NCBI RefSeq assembly: GCF_902652985.1 | Contig: NC_047019.1 | Location: 36,146,001-36,210,000 of the forward strand | Direction of reading: 5' to 3' | DNA from: Pecten maximus | Lineage: Eukaryota | DNA: 64,000 nucleotides | In this document: positions 1 to 18,047 of the stretch, piece by piece | Layout of the letters: the number at the start of each line of letters is the position of its first letter | How positions within the stretch are numbered: the stretch's first letter is position 1 | Program-made: the position numbers and the translations under genes | The notes under the pieces: generated by a model | Seen by the model: only the letters and a program-made list of their open reading frames with translations | What the model was told of the DNA's origin: nothing | Databases searched by the model: none

Positions 1-176
1 TAGTGTGATACCATGGTGTGAATATGAACTACATCTCTCTGGGTTCATAACAGATTGCTTCCACAAGTTTAAAGGGACAGAATTGGTGGTCCTGGGTGAG
101 CCAAGACCTAAAGAGTAGTAGAATGGTTAAAATAAAACAAAAGTGACCATTACCCTTTTCACAAGTGCTGCACTTA

Positions 177-4805
<4,629 letters not shown>

Positions 4806-4988
4806 CTTGAATGGTATTTATTTCGTATTTATTTTATCATCTCCTCTTTATTCGTTTGTGAATATACAGCAATCCTACTGATTATTGGAAGTATGGCTGC
4901 CGATAATAGAGGAAATCTCGCGGTCTCGCATATACGTGAACTCAAACGTGACCTCATACTTCCTTTCCGGTTGGTGCTCCAGACAAAC
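4806..4988. promoter_or_regulatory. Compact bidirectional promoter region USP47/RPL10A with a TCT/5'TOP-like start (CTTCCTTTCC at ~4959)
   Basis: Only 183 nt separate the divergent ATGs. The region is CpG-enriched, contains TCTCGCGGTCTCGC (~4916), and has a pyrimidine tract 30 nt before the RPL10A ATG, as is typical of ribosomal protein genes. Confidence 0.7.
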
Positions 4989-7861
4989 ATGAGGTGAAAA
5001 TTTACAAGGATACAGAATCCGAATTAATCGTGGTTTTAATCCACAGAAAACAATCAAAAATAATTACTAGCTATAACTAGTTTATGTTTGTGTATTGTTT
5101 TACGTTTTTTTTAGATATTATCTTTTAGTTAAGCTGCAAATTTTAAGATATTTATTGCAAGCTATTGAAACGATGTTGATAGGAGCATTGCACCACCTTT
5201 TGAAAATTATCTAAAGTGCTAAAATTTACATTTTGAAATCATTGTATTTCAATTATATATGATATGAATAGAAAATATCTTCATTAAGATTCGCAAGACA
5301 TGCGAAATTAACGGATCTAAAGAAATTTCCACCTTGCCATGTAGACTAGAAATATTGCACACAACATGGGTAATGGTTCTTGTATGTGACGAATTCCGTC
5401 AATCATGACGATTATACATGTATTGGTTTCTGTTTCGGGGGGAAATACAGAGGCGTAAGAGGGTTATTTACAGTGAATTAGTGATTTTTTTTGTTATATA
5501 AATAAGATTACAGAATTGGGTGATGAGTGCGAGGACTTCAAGGGCTGCATATGTGCCTTGAAGTCCTCTAGTGAAGTGCAATGTACTGCTGCTACAGGGA
5601 GGAGATTCCACTATGTTATCGTGTGATGGAAGAATGAGTATTTATATGGGTCCAGAAAAAGGAAATGATTTTTTTAAGTCCAACTTTCATCCAGATTTAT
5701 ATTTTGTGTGCCGGCATTTAAATACATTGTTACTTGCATCACAGGTGCCAGACTCATTTCATAAAGTAATAACATATAAGAGTACATATAAATGAGAAAA
5801 GTTCTGAACTCGCTCAGACTTAAAATCTGATGTATTTATTTCTATGTACCGTAGCTTTGATTGTATTGAGTGTATTCATGGATTTCATGCATTCACAAAA
5901 AAAAAGAATAAGAGCCTGCTTTCTTTTGTGAAACATTGACATCTGACCAACCATACTTTGTTTTACAGCAAGATTTCAAGGGACAACCTTTACGAGGCCA
6001 TCAATGCGGTCCTCACTTCCTCGCAGGATAAGAAGAGGAAGTTCACACAATCTGTTGAGCTTCAGATTGCTTTGAAGAACTATGACCCTCAAAAGGACAA
6101 GCGTTTCTCTGGAACCGTCAAGTATGCATCATCCTTTTCGTGACTCAAGTGCAAAGGAAAAATGAACCTGTTAAAAGCCCTGGACCTCCACCCTGGGTCA
6201 TAAAATAACTGGGAAGGTGTTATCAATATAATGCCGAAAAAATGATGCCCCTTAATATGTTTTAATGACGACCCCCACCCAGGGTCAATAAAGAACTGGG
6301 AAGGCTCTTGTTGGTACTGTTTCCACAAGGCCGACTATTGATGTATTCTACCATTAGTATGAGAATTCCGTCTCTGTGACATCTGACACAGGCTGGACAG
6401 AACAAGTGTTTCTGCTAGAGTATTTGGTATGTAATCCTGAATTGATGCACTTCCTATTCCAACATGTCTTAAGTTTTGTATATAGGTTTAGAAGGCATTA
6501 ATCAAATAATTTGTGATGAAAAGTAGGTATGGAAACTGGAGGAAAGGATTGTTATATACCATCCTTTTACATTCACATGAGTTTTGTTATGACTTGTTTC
6601 CTGTTGATTTTGTTTGATCCTTTACTAATCATGGACTGGACCGGTCAAACATATTTGATTGCTTAATATTGATGAAATGTTGAATTTTGATTTCCATTAT
6701 TTGCAAACATCAATTTTCAGACTGAGGCATGTGCCACGTCCCAAGATGAGGGTCTGTGTTCTTGGAGACCAGGTACATTGTGACCAGGCTAATGCCAACA
6801 AAATTCCTTGCATGGATTCCGATTCATTAAAGAAACTGAACAAGGACAAGAAGCTAGTAAAGAAGCTGGGTAAGATTAATAATCAAGCATTGAAAACATA
6901 AATGTAGGGTTATTAACAAAGAAAAAGAGGGTGAACTTGTACTGATTTCATTTATGTCGATATTGAAAAATTTGAAGTGAGACATTAAAATAATCCAGAT
7001 CTAAAAACAGACTTGCTTGCACAAGTTCCTTCACTTAGCTTTTCACAACCTTTGAATTGTTTGAAAACAAACTTTAGGTTGCTAAAACTTGAGTAGTTCT
7101 TCCTGCCAATGATGATCAAATATTTGCATGTATTGTCTTATTTTATACCATGACGAGAGAAAAAACTGAGGCAGGAACTCCATAATGTTTTTGTGTAATT
7201 TGTGAAAAGGCCAATATTTTATGGAAAGATTTGCTTTTCAGCCAAGAGGTATGATGCCTTCCTTGCCTCTGACTCATTGATCAAGACCATCCCTAGGATC
7301 CTTGGACCAGGCTTGAACAGGGCAGGGAAGTTCCCCACCCAGGTCACACACAACGAGTCCCTGGTGTCCAAAATTGAAGAAACCAAAGCAACCATCAAAT
7401 TCCAATTGAAAAAGGTAAGGTTCATTAAAAAAAATAACATACACTTATAATGACAAGTAAGCTTCAATTTACCAGTTGTAGACATTGTCTGTTATAAGTC
7501 TGGGGGAAAAAAACATGAGAAGTCTTTAATTTTACTGTTTTCTATGAAGAATATGCCTATTAAGTGTTAATAATGTTATACTGTAAACAATATTGAAATA
7601 CAGTACAGGTATTAAATACAAAATGTATTTAAACACTGCCAGGTGAACAAATATTTAAGATGTCTTGACAATTTTGCATTAATTCCACAGGTATTGTGTT
7701 TGGCTGTTTGCGTTGGACATGTAGAAATGAGTGCCGACGATCTGTATTCCAACATCACATTGTCCATCAACTTCTTGGTATCTCTGTTAAAGAAGAACTG
7801 GCAGAATGTTCGTGCTCTTTACATCAAGGGAACCATGACGCCTGCCCAGAGAATTTACTAA
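4989..7861 (+). CDS. RPL10A: 60S ribosomal protein L10a (uL1), 216 aa. Exons 4989-4993, 5969-6121, 6721-6869, 7242-7414, 7691-7861
   Basis: The spliced CDS is 651 nt: [12 protein letters not shown]...[31 protein letters not shown]...[26 protein letters not shown]. All introns are GT-AG. AATAAA at 7877. Confidence 0.98.
6183..6310 (+). promoter_or_regulatory. Two copies of a ~41-nt element in RPL10A intron 2, candidate autoregulatory splicing element
   Basis: 6183-6223 GACCTCCACCCTGGGTCATAAAATAACTGGGAAGGTGTTAT and 6270-6310 GACCCCCACCCAGGGTCAATAAAGAACTGGGAAGGCTCTTG. The function is inferred. Confidence 0.45.
7102..7175 (+). ncRNA. Intronic box C/D snoRNA, predicted guide for 18S rRNA U172-equivalent 2'-O-methylation (SNORD45-like target)
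   Basis: Terminal stem CCTGCC/GGCAGG, C box ATGATGA 7109-7115, D' CTTA 7137-7140, C' ATGACGA 7150-7156, D box CTGA 7166-7169, ~70 nt upstream of the 3' splice site. The guide GCATGTATT is complementary to the conserved 18S sequence AAUACAUGC. Confidence 0.85.
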
Positions 7862-7916
7862 ACAGACTGTTGTCCTAATAAAGTAATTACTGTGATGGCA
7901 AATTTGTGTTGGAAGA

Positions 7917-8425
7917 TTTTTAGCCTACCGTCATCAGATGGTGGGCTATTCAAATCACCCTGCGTCTGTGGTCCATCGTTCATCCGTCCATCCCTCCGTA
8001 AACAATTCTTGTTATCGCTATTTCTCAGAAAGTACCGAAGGGATCTTTCTCAGATTTCATATGTAGGTTCCCCTTGGTTTCTAGTTGTGCACATTGCATT
8101 TTGGGATTGATCAGAAAACATGGCTGATAGGTGGCCATCTTGAAATTTGACTATTGAAGATTGTTATTGCTATTTCTCAAAAAGTACATAAGGGATCTTT
8201 ATCAAATTTCATATGTAGGTTTCCCTTGTCTTGTATTATTGCATCTTTGAACCAATCTGAAAACAACATGGCCGACAGGTTCCCCTTGTTTGAAAAGTAC
8301 TGGAGGTATGTTTCCCAATTTACACAGATTAGTAAGAGTAAGGGGGAAATAGAGATGATAAATCTGACATGGAACCGATAAAGATCATTCAATGAAGGTG
8401 CCAAGATCCCTCAGGGATCTCTTGT
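7917..8425. mobile_element. Non-autonomous Helentron/HINE-like element (family B)
   Basis: TTTTAGCCTACCGTCATCAGATGGTGGGCTA end hairpin, CCGT-type microsatellite, and AAGATCCC-TCA-GGGATCTCTTGT hairpin at the other end. A related copy lies at 55032. Confidence 0.65.
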
Positions 8426-10240
8426 ATTTAAATGTCTCTGTTCATCGGCAATTGCCTTGTGAATATGACAACTTCAGTAAATGTCAACCAAGTTTGATGA
8501 AACTTCGAATGCAGTCAGATCTCGAACGAGTTTGAAAATGGGAATTATTTGACAGTAACACGAGTTATTTTTATTAGAACTTGTAAACACAATACTTTGT
8601 ATGTTGCCATATATCACAAAGATATTTTGAGGAGTTCGATAATATGAAATATTTAAAAGTAACTTGAGTTATTGGCCTCCCTATTTTCGACAGTAACTCC
8701 AGAGTTATTGCCCTTTGTAATTATATTATTGGATCTTGGGAACACGACAAATGGAGTAAATATCAACCAAGGTTGATGACAGTTTGTACTTCGCCATACA
8801 TCATTCATAAGTACACAAGTTCGTTAATGGAAATTATTTGACAGTACTCTACAGTTAAAAGAATGATGCGACACCCTTAGGGTGGGAGAAGAGGGCTCGA
8901 TAAGGGAAATATAGCAACAAAAAAATAAGATACATTTCCTCTTTCAAGAATGACAGGATTTAGTCTACCTGTAGTTTGAACCTTGGAAAGGCAGTTCAAA
9001 AGTAGAAAAATATAATTAGGGTATTACTGAAATATTCAGTTGAGTGATGCTGGGACCTCTTGTTTGAAAAATTCAACATGGCAATTTGGTACTTGGCTCC
9101 ACCATAATAATTTGCACTCGCGGGAATTTTGCATGAATTTCCACCCACATGGTCCATTAATAGATACGATATATATGGACTGGGTTGGAAATTTGTGTTG
9201 AATCCCAGAGTATACTCTTGTCAACCTATATACATGATGAATTTTCATTGGATGCCCTGAAATGCTAGGGCACAATAATTTGAAATGTAGTGAAGATGGT
9301 GTACACCATGTGAATACATGTAGTCTACATCATGACTTCAGTGGAGATCAAAACACACTAATAATATTGTGTACCACACCCATGGTCTGGTTTTACATAT
9401 GATTATAGAAAATAAATCAACACTGAACAAAAGTAACATGTCAATTTATTCTATATGACGCATGTTTAACATGAATGTACAACACTAGTTTGTAAATGAC
9501 ATGGGTAATGGCTGTGGTGTACTGAGTAAAGTCTGTTATTCATGCAGTCATTGCTCTGTACAAAACAAAAAAAATGCAGACAGTAAAGAGGAAGGCGATA
9601 TCAACATAACACCAATTCTCAGGCCACATGCCATATATGCATTATATTCTTTGTTTCTGGTAGATGTTTTTCCCTGTTCCCAGAAATGTAAGTGATCTCT
9701 CTTATACCACACAACTAAGTAACTACATTACCGGTATTATACCCTAGGGATATGACATGGATACATTTTCATGCACTAAAATGACCCAACATGCATGCTC
9801 ATATTTTTAAAATATTGAATATTGTAATTTGTACAGAATTTTCCCAGATTTGGCTCTGCACCTCTCTCAAGTACATTTACATGTATATAATGTTTGGCAC
9901 ATTCAACACCTCGCACGAGGATATCTACATGTCATAGTGAAGACTGGCTTAATATTGTCCAATGGAATATCACAGGAATAGATATTAGATGTCCTCCTGG
10001 CATTGATATAGCTACATATGGCATATGAAAGCTTTTATTGTAATACGGTATGTAAAAAAAAAAAGAAAAAAAAAGCTTAATTGCAGCCTAATGGATCGAT
10101 CCATAGGGGCTTAGTAGACTCACATTTTAAAGTTTTTAGCATAGCATACTCTCTATTTAATATATATGCCATATCAATAAATATGATAGAATCAAATCTG
10201 TCGCTCTTTTCAAATTCCTGGGTCTGGATTGCAATAACGC

Positions 10241-10411
10241 AAAACAAGAGGCCCGCATGGGACTTGACCCTTTTTTCCTCCGCCATATGTTGGTCAAAAA
10301 TGTGATTCCTCTATATGAAGTTTAAAAATGTTGACGGATACAGCACACAATAAAGTTCAATTTGAAAATAGAAGACGTATCTTTGAGACTCCGTCCCAGG
10401 TGATCTAAAAA
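10241..10411. mobile_element. Internally deleted Helentron/HINE-like element (family A), inverted relative to the 25.7 kb copy
   Basis: AAACAAGAGGCCC...CAGGTGATCTAAAA ends are the reverse complement of the 25694-27518 element ends. Confidence 0.55.
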
Positions 10412-11540
10412 GGCATGTTACCTAAACAGGCAGCTGTAATTGATTTAAATGTGGTTTAAATAACACGGTGACTACATTACCACTTTTGTATAACATTAAG
10501 ATTAATTTTGACCCGAATACTTGGTACATATGTAGTTCTTACAAATTTTACATTTACACAGAATTTAGCAGAGGACTCTGACCAAAATATTAGTGGCATG
10601 ATGTTATAGCCTCAATAACTATAACTATAGCAGTAACTGAGTTCTCCAATTACTCTACTGGTCAATATGAAAATTAAATGGTAGGCTTTTTATATTTAAT
10701 ATTTGTTCTTCAAATGTGAGGTTAATTTTCAATAAATGGAACAATAGGAGAACTACAACATTAACTAGAGATTATGTTTATTTATTACCAGGTAAGCACT
10801 GAATATGTTTGCACTCAGCGGACCTTTGACCTGAAAATAAAGATTGCAATGACCAGATTATAGAACGCTGCAAACTGTGTAGGTGATGCATGCTTTTTAA
10901 GTTTCATCAAAATATCTTCAAACAATTCAAAAGTTCTATCCCTGACAAGATTGTATTAGGACAACATCAACAAGAATTTAGTTCAGAAGAACCTGTACTA
11001 AAAGCCCTCCCTTCATTCAAGGTATTTGTCACAATGACGGAGTACTGCACATTGTCTGTGAGTCATAAAGGTATACAGCAACTATCATTAAGATTTCTTC
11101 AAAAGTATAAGTAGACTAGGTTTTTCCCAAAATATAACTTATTTTACTTTTAACCTTTAGATCAAGGTCACAATTATTCAATGATAAAACAATGCATTTC
11201 ATCAGTGGATGATAAAGATATACAGCAACTTTCAGTTTGATATCTTTAACAGTTTAAAAGTTATGACCTGAACTAGAAATTATTGGAAAATTTTGTGATC
11301 ATTTGACCTTTGACCTTGAGGCCAATCTCTGTGATAGGTGATGTATATTGCAAGATGTCAACATTCATTCATTGGTTCATTGTGCAGCTTGATAAATCCA
11401 AAGTTCAGAACACCAACGCTAGGAATATACTATTGCACATATCTAGGTTAATAATTTATGTAAAATATACAAAGTTTGAACAGAACACAGACAAATGTTA
11501 TCACCATTCATTACCATACAACAAAGTTTTGATACAAGTT

Positions 11541-12138
11541 TAACAAGAGGCCCATGGGCTAACAGTCACCTCAGTTCTTGTATATGTATTCTTTCAATTT
11601 ATCTCATTTCGACCTGACCCACCAGTCCCTGGGCATCAATCAGGGTCGGTATGTTATGTTACAAACTTTCATTCCATGCTGATAATTCTAACCAAGTTTT
11701 AATTACCGGTGTTACTTCCAATGGCAATCCAACAATTGATGCTCAAAAAATGTGATTTCCTTATATAAACTGCAATAAAGTCAACTCTCTCACCAGGGGG
11801 AAATGGGAGACCCCCGGGTTATGAAATTCACAATTTTGGGAAAGACCCTTCCATCTATGAAGAGTATTTGATGCATCTTATTTGGATCTTGAGAAGATCC
11901 ATGAAATTTTAGTCAATTGAACCCCTTTCTGCCTCGCCCCCATGGAAGAGGACCATATAATTTAAAACATTTTTTTCCCTTTAGCTATGGAAGGTTTTTG
12001 CAAAATTTCATCGAAGTTGGTGCAGGGGTTTGTGGGAAGAAGTCGAAAATGTGAATTGTTTACGACGAGACAACACATAAAGACGAACAAAAGGCAATTA
12101 AAATAGGTCACTTGAGACTTGATATCTGGTGACCTAAA
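11541..12138. mobile_element. Helentron/HINE-like element (family A), inverted
   Basis: AACAAGAGGCCCATGGGC...AGGTCACTTGAGAC...GGTGACCTAAA, with about one internal repeat unit. Confidence 0.7.
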
Positions 12139-14065
12139 GTATCTGCCCTAGAAATAAATTAATTGCCCTATCTCGATGGTGATTCTAAAGTATACTTATT
12201 TCACTAAATCTAACCAGCAACATATACACAGATACATAAGGCACAAATCCACAACCACACAGTCCACATATATTATGGTAGTTACTCATCTGCACAGTGA
12301 ACCAGACAAATTTATTGAAATTATAATTTTTTTATACATTGTATATAGTATTCATTTTTAAAATATGTATACAGACCATGGGATTGGGAATTTGTGCAAA
12401 GTCCCTGTGGACATCAAAAAGTAAAATAAAATTAGAAAATTGTCAACACTGATGTCTTATTGAAAATACCATGCAACTGTATTTAACAAGCTTTAATCTC
12501 ATAATTTCCAGTTTTGTTTGGCATTGTTTACGTCTCATCAACAGTATTATCATGGAGTATGTAATTCTTATATCTGTTGGCAGGCATAAAAAATAAAGTA
12601 TTGACTTATCTAATTAAAAAAAGTCCTGAAGTTACATGTGTATCATGTATTGAATATAAAAAAAGTTTAGTCATTATTAAAGTGTTTTCTAAATTTATAA
12701 CAAAATCATTACTATTTAATATAATGATTTCAGCACAAGAAACCAAGCATGCCAATTAAGGAACGAGTGTTGTGGATTATGGTTGTACAAAGTAAGAAGC
12801 CATCATATCGCAGATATGAATAAAAAGGATGTGATATTAAATAATGAATTTTCAGATGACATTTAATCAACAACAAGAGATAAACACTTTACTGGCCACT
12901 GGAGAGTCTAGCTAAATATGGTTTTGTTTGAATATGAATAAAAATCACAACCTTTTAAATGAAGCAGGTACCACATTTCTTAGCACCCTTCTGATGCACA
13001 TACAGAAGTGTGACAATAACCCATATCTTTACCGTGCTACGATTGAATAGAAAACTAATTGATGATATATATTTTAGACTGGATAGATTATTTTCTTTTC
13101 ACTTTTACACTAGAAAGGAAATATAATATTAAATGTTGACACGGGGAAGTGAGACCAAAGCAAAATGCTGTAAATAGGATCAGACCTTTCTACGCTCTCT
13201 ATTATACAAATGGTTTTGTTAATAATTATGACAGCTTCAGGCATAATTTATATTTATCATGATTCAACATTAACACACAAATTATCACATTATGCTCAGT
13301 GATTTAGTTATAACAGCAGAAAACAATGTTCGTACATGCTTCATAACAAGTTACAATTCTGACATGTAACAAGTAAAGTGTTCTCTATATGAATCAGGTG
13401 ACCTAAAACAGAATGGAAAATAACCTTATCTGATGCTACCCTTCAAGAACTAATTAACAAGAAACATTGGTTGTTCATTTACACTAGCTTCAACGATAAA
13501 GTAAACAAACCAGCTGATCATTAAAGCCTGGATCAACAAATTGATTTGTTAATATAAAACAAGCAAAAATAATTCATTATAATACAATAAATCAATGTTG
13601 ATGTCAAATAACTAACAGATATTGGTATGAGATCACTCTCACAGCGAGAAATTTCAGCACTTTTCCAGTTACTAGATCAGCACTGTAGAGGTGGTTTATC
13701 TATTAATGGGTCGTACATCCACTACTGAAACTTCACACATCATCCACATAATATAAATAAAAAAACAGAGGGAACAGTACATGTCCCCTTCATCACAGTT
13801 AATTAAACTTTTACATTATATTTATACAAGTATATCAGTTTTTGAATGATAGCTTTGCATGGTCTTTGTACAAGTATACAAGTTTCTGAACAATGATTAT
13901 ATCACACTGCTTTCTAAAGCACATTTGTAAAAGTATATTAGCACAAACACAACAAAATTCACAAGCTATTTAGATTATTTCCTCTGCCATAAAACATGAA
14001 GATATCATGTAGGTAGACAGATAACATTTATAGCACACAGTTGTGGGGTAGGGGATACACCTTCG

Positions 14066-17000
14066 TCAGGTTGTGTGCTGTGACAGGAGCTGGTGATGAG
14101 ACATGGCCTCAGCGTGTGTCAGTGGCTGGGCATCTGTATTAAGCCTGCGTATAGGGGGATGTGTGTTTGGAGTGCGTCGTCTACTGAGAGGAGCCTTAGG
14201 AGGGGGTTTTGAAGACTCTTGGTGAGCTGAGTGTATGTGGTTTAGTCTTTGCTCTAGTTCACTGGCTTGAGATGTTGCTGATGAGGGTCCTGCACTTGAC
14301 GAGCTACTATCTTCTTCCGTGACTGGACAGGTGTCAATATCAGGGACCACCTGTATCTGTCCGGACATACTCGACATGGCACGCCTGGAAACAATGTCAG
14401 ATTTTGGTTCAATTTCACGGATTACTTTTCACATTCTCAATCTGATAAACTTTTCGTGATGAAACTTACAGAAATTCTTAGTATTGCCAATATCAATAAT
14501 AAAGGTCATCTATGTAAATTAATTCCTTAAAATCCTTGAATTAATCTCTTCCAAATTAAGTTTGCCAAGAGGCGAAAGGTCAACGAGCCACTGTCCACCT
14601 GTACATCTTAATGTAGAAATATTAATTCCAGGTAGAAATCAATCACTAGCTAGAGTGGACAGTTCCTAGAAATGTTAACCATAGTATCTATAAAGAGCTA
14701 AAGCCACTACTTATCATGTACCATGCTTTCACTAAAACCTACCATACTCTTTATTGACAATGATCTTAAGAACTAAAGGTGTACCATACTCCCTATAGAC
14801 AATGATCTTAGAAGGTAAAAGTGTTTTAACTTAGTACGATTTGGTTGAAACGCACCATATTTCTTAAAGATTAAGTACCAGCAGCACAAAAACTTAGAAG
14901 TACTGTACAGCATGACTCAAGAGGATATACACAAATGTTTCCTCACCATTTGGATATAACAGACTGGAGAGCTGACATTACTTGGGTAGCAGTCATTCTA
15001 GTTTCAGGGGTGAGCACCATCAGGTTTCTGATAACTATAATTGTATCCTGAGATACGCGTCCATCACTGTCAACAAAGAAAAAACAACATTTTACAAACC
15101 TTTTTTTCTTAGATCATGAATATATTAATTTCTAAGAAGTTTTTTGTTCATATGTATGTACCATCTAAATCCAAGTAACCTACACTTAATACTCTCTCAT
15201 CAGTGTGTAAGAGCTACACTACAACAGATGTCATGTTTATAGTCAGTGAGGAATACAGTCTTATGTATGTGGATATATCCAATGAAGGTTTATTGATACA
15301 CAAACACAAATATTCGACAAGGAAAATAAAATTCATATTACTACACAGTGTAAAATATCCGGCTGTTATTCTATCAGATTTTAATGAAATATTTCTTATG
15401 AAATTTGCAGACACTGTTACCAGCTATGAAGACTGTGTATACTGATACTTTGAAAATATGACTGCTATCTTACTCTGGTATAGTGTACTCTGCTGATTTG
15501 ATCTTCCTGAACAGCTCATTGGGAACACTGTCGTAGAAAGGGAATTGGCCATACAGCATGGTAAAGAGGACAACTCCAAGGGCCCACATATCACTGGGCT
15601 TGCCAAGGTAAGGCTTGCCTACAAGTCAATAAAATAAAGTATTCAGCTCCAGATCAAAGCCAAGAAGCAAAGCCTAGGTGCAATAACATTAACAATATAG
15701 AAAATTCATTTTACTGATTAATATTTTCACTGTGTGACATATGTACACATTTCTATGTGACATTGAAACATCTTGACTGAAGTAGAATGTGTGACCTTGA
15801 GATTATTTGACATTGACTCATCTTGACTGATGTAGAATGTGTGACCTTGAGATTATTTGACATTGACACATCTGGACTGATGTAGAATGTGTGACCTTGA
15901 GATTATTTGACATTGACACATCTGGACTGATGTAGAATGTGTGACCTTGAGTTATGCCACTTCTTACCACTGAGAACATCGGGACTTATATATGCTGGAC
16001 TGCCTCTCTGATCTTTCAGCAAGTCATTTTCAGATACCAAGTGTTTCCCAAGACAGAAATTTGTAATGATTATCCGTCGCGTTCTTTTGTTTAAAACCAT
16101 ATTTCCAAGTTTTAAGTCACGATGTACAATATTTTTCTGAAAAACGAAAAGAAAAATGTTCAAATGTATGATATTATTTTTGAATTCTTTACAACACACA
16201 TGATAGTAAATATGACATAGATTCCTCATTTGTACTTGAATGGCAGATAAAGAAAATGCATTTGATACATAATACAAGAGACATTAAAGTTCAATTCTCT
16301 GGTATAATCGGACATATTGTGTACCTTGTGTAGACTCTCTACAACCCTAACAATATCATAGAAAATAACAATGGCTTCTTTCTCTGTCAATTTCTTCTCC
16401 TTAATCACATAATGCTGAAGGTTAATGAGGTCTGCATTTTTATTGCTGAAGTCATGAGGGATGAGGCAGTCCAGGACCAGACATAGTCGTTGTTTCCTTT
16501 GACCAGTATACTGAATACGCCCAGATGGATCCAGAACCTCCCTCTCCTCCCAAGCCTCATCCTGAAATCAACGTCTATAGTTTTTAAGTACACACACACA
16601 AACAGTTCTTACATAACCATAAAACATGTCTCTATCATTTTTTTATGCCTATGATTTCAACTATAGATGTTGTGCATACATGTACAAATTTCAAATTCAT
16701 GAACATGTGTCAAAAATTGTACCAATCAAAACTGCTTAGCTTACTGATTTAATCATTTTTCAAAACAATGTTTTCAGTATTTTCTTCATTAAATCCTATG
16801 TACATGTATTGTATTGCACATGCACACTTTAAACACAGGTGCACAACAACAAAACAACACTTACTTTGAAGAGTCCGTGATGATGGACTACCCCATCTTG
16901 ATGTCTCAATAGTGACAGCAAAGAGTACTCAGTGTGTAGAAGCATCTTACCCTGCCTGTCATCCTGGCTCTCCTTGTTTGGGTTTTCAAGGGTGAGCATC

Positions 17001-18047
17001 TGTCAATAAACCAGCATCAAATACAGATTGATTTGATTTTACAGGCATTTTATTAATAAATACTTTTTAGTAAATCCAATCAGACAACAGGCTGAAGCCT
17101 AAACATGCCTTCATACAACCCAGCAAGTGGTCAACGGATCATAGCCTGATGCAGTGTGGGATTTTTATTGTTCCTTGTTTGTTAGTCTAGATCTAGTTTG
17201 CCAAACTGAGTCTGTGATAACATGATAACAGGAAACATGACAGAATTTTGGGGTCTGAGGTTATGGTCAAGCATTAAACCAAAATACTGCATTACTATTC
17301 AGCTGTATGATGTTTCAATTATGCTATTTTTATTTCTTAATGTACGCAAACACATTTTTTATTTGTAATAAAACTAATAATGCATATTTAAGTACCAGTA
17401 TAAACACCAATATTCAGTATTAAGAGAGATTATTTGCAAATGATGAGGACTTACCTTCAACGTATAAAAGTCATCAGTGCCTTCTTTTCTAGCCAAACAT
17501 TGCACAATACTTTTCACAGGTGATGCCTGCAGTCTTGGCCCTACAAATTAATATTGACAGGAAATACTCACTGATCAGATTATCACATGACTTGCAAACA
17601 AAGTATGTTTTATATATATAAACAATAATTCAAGTATAAATTTCTAAGGACATGATTCTTTGCATTAATTAACTGAGCACTTTCAATATATATATAGTAC
17701 TGTATTTATTAAGCATGAAAAGTTTCTCTGCTGCAGTGAGAAAAAATATGTATTTGGAAATAAGAATATTTTTAAAGAAGAAAAGAAACTAAACTATTAA
17801 TTTGTTATCTATTTATGCTAACAGTATGTTAATTTGGAATCTATTAATATTAACAGCATGTAGACTATGTACCAAGTAAGTAAGGTCCTGCTCTTTTCGT
17901 TTCCCCACTAGATGGGAATGGCCCCTTTTGTTTACTGCTTGAAGGTCCTCGGTCAGACCTTTGTTGTCCTTCTATTCTTGGCAACTTGCTAGACCCACTA
18001 GCCTGCTGCTGTTGGGACAAAGATGAAAATGCAAAAGACCGCTTCAT
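14066..18047 (-). CDS. STK40: Serine/threonine-protein kinase 40 (Tribbles-related pseudokinase), 461 aa. Exons 18047-17873, 17540-17455, 16999-16865, 16561-16325, 16136-15968, 15618-15474, 15066-14947, 14384-14066
   Basis: In-phase spliced CDS of 1386 nt containing KRAGPYLLGPRL..SIVQCLARKEGTDDFY, QGKMLLHTEYSLLSLL, HRDLKLGN, ITNFCLGKHL (NFC replaces DFG), DQRGSPAYISPDVLSG, DMWALGVVLFTMLYGQFPF and the C-terminal QVVPDI. Confidence 0.96.
15758..15951. repeat. 50-bp minisatellite, ~4 copies, in an STK40 intron
   Basis: TGACATTGACACATCTGGACTGATGTAGAATGTGTGACCTTGAGATTATT recurs at 15758, 15808, 15858 and 15908. Confidence 0.9.

Noticed and set aside
6512-6660. Second snoRNA in RPL10A intron 2 (GTGATGA at ~6513; hairpin ending in ACA at ~6650)
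   Set aside because: No CTGA D box lies downstream within the intron, and there is no convincing two-hairpin H/ACA layout.
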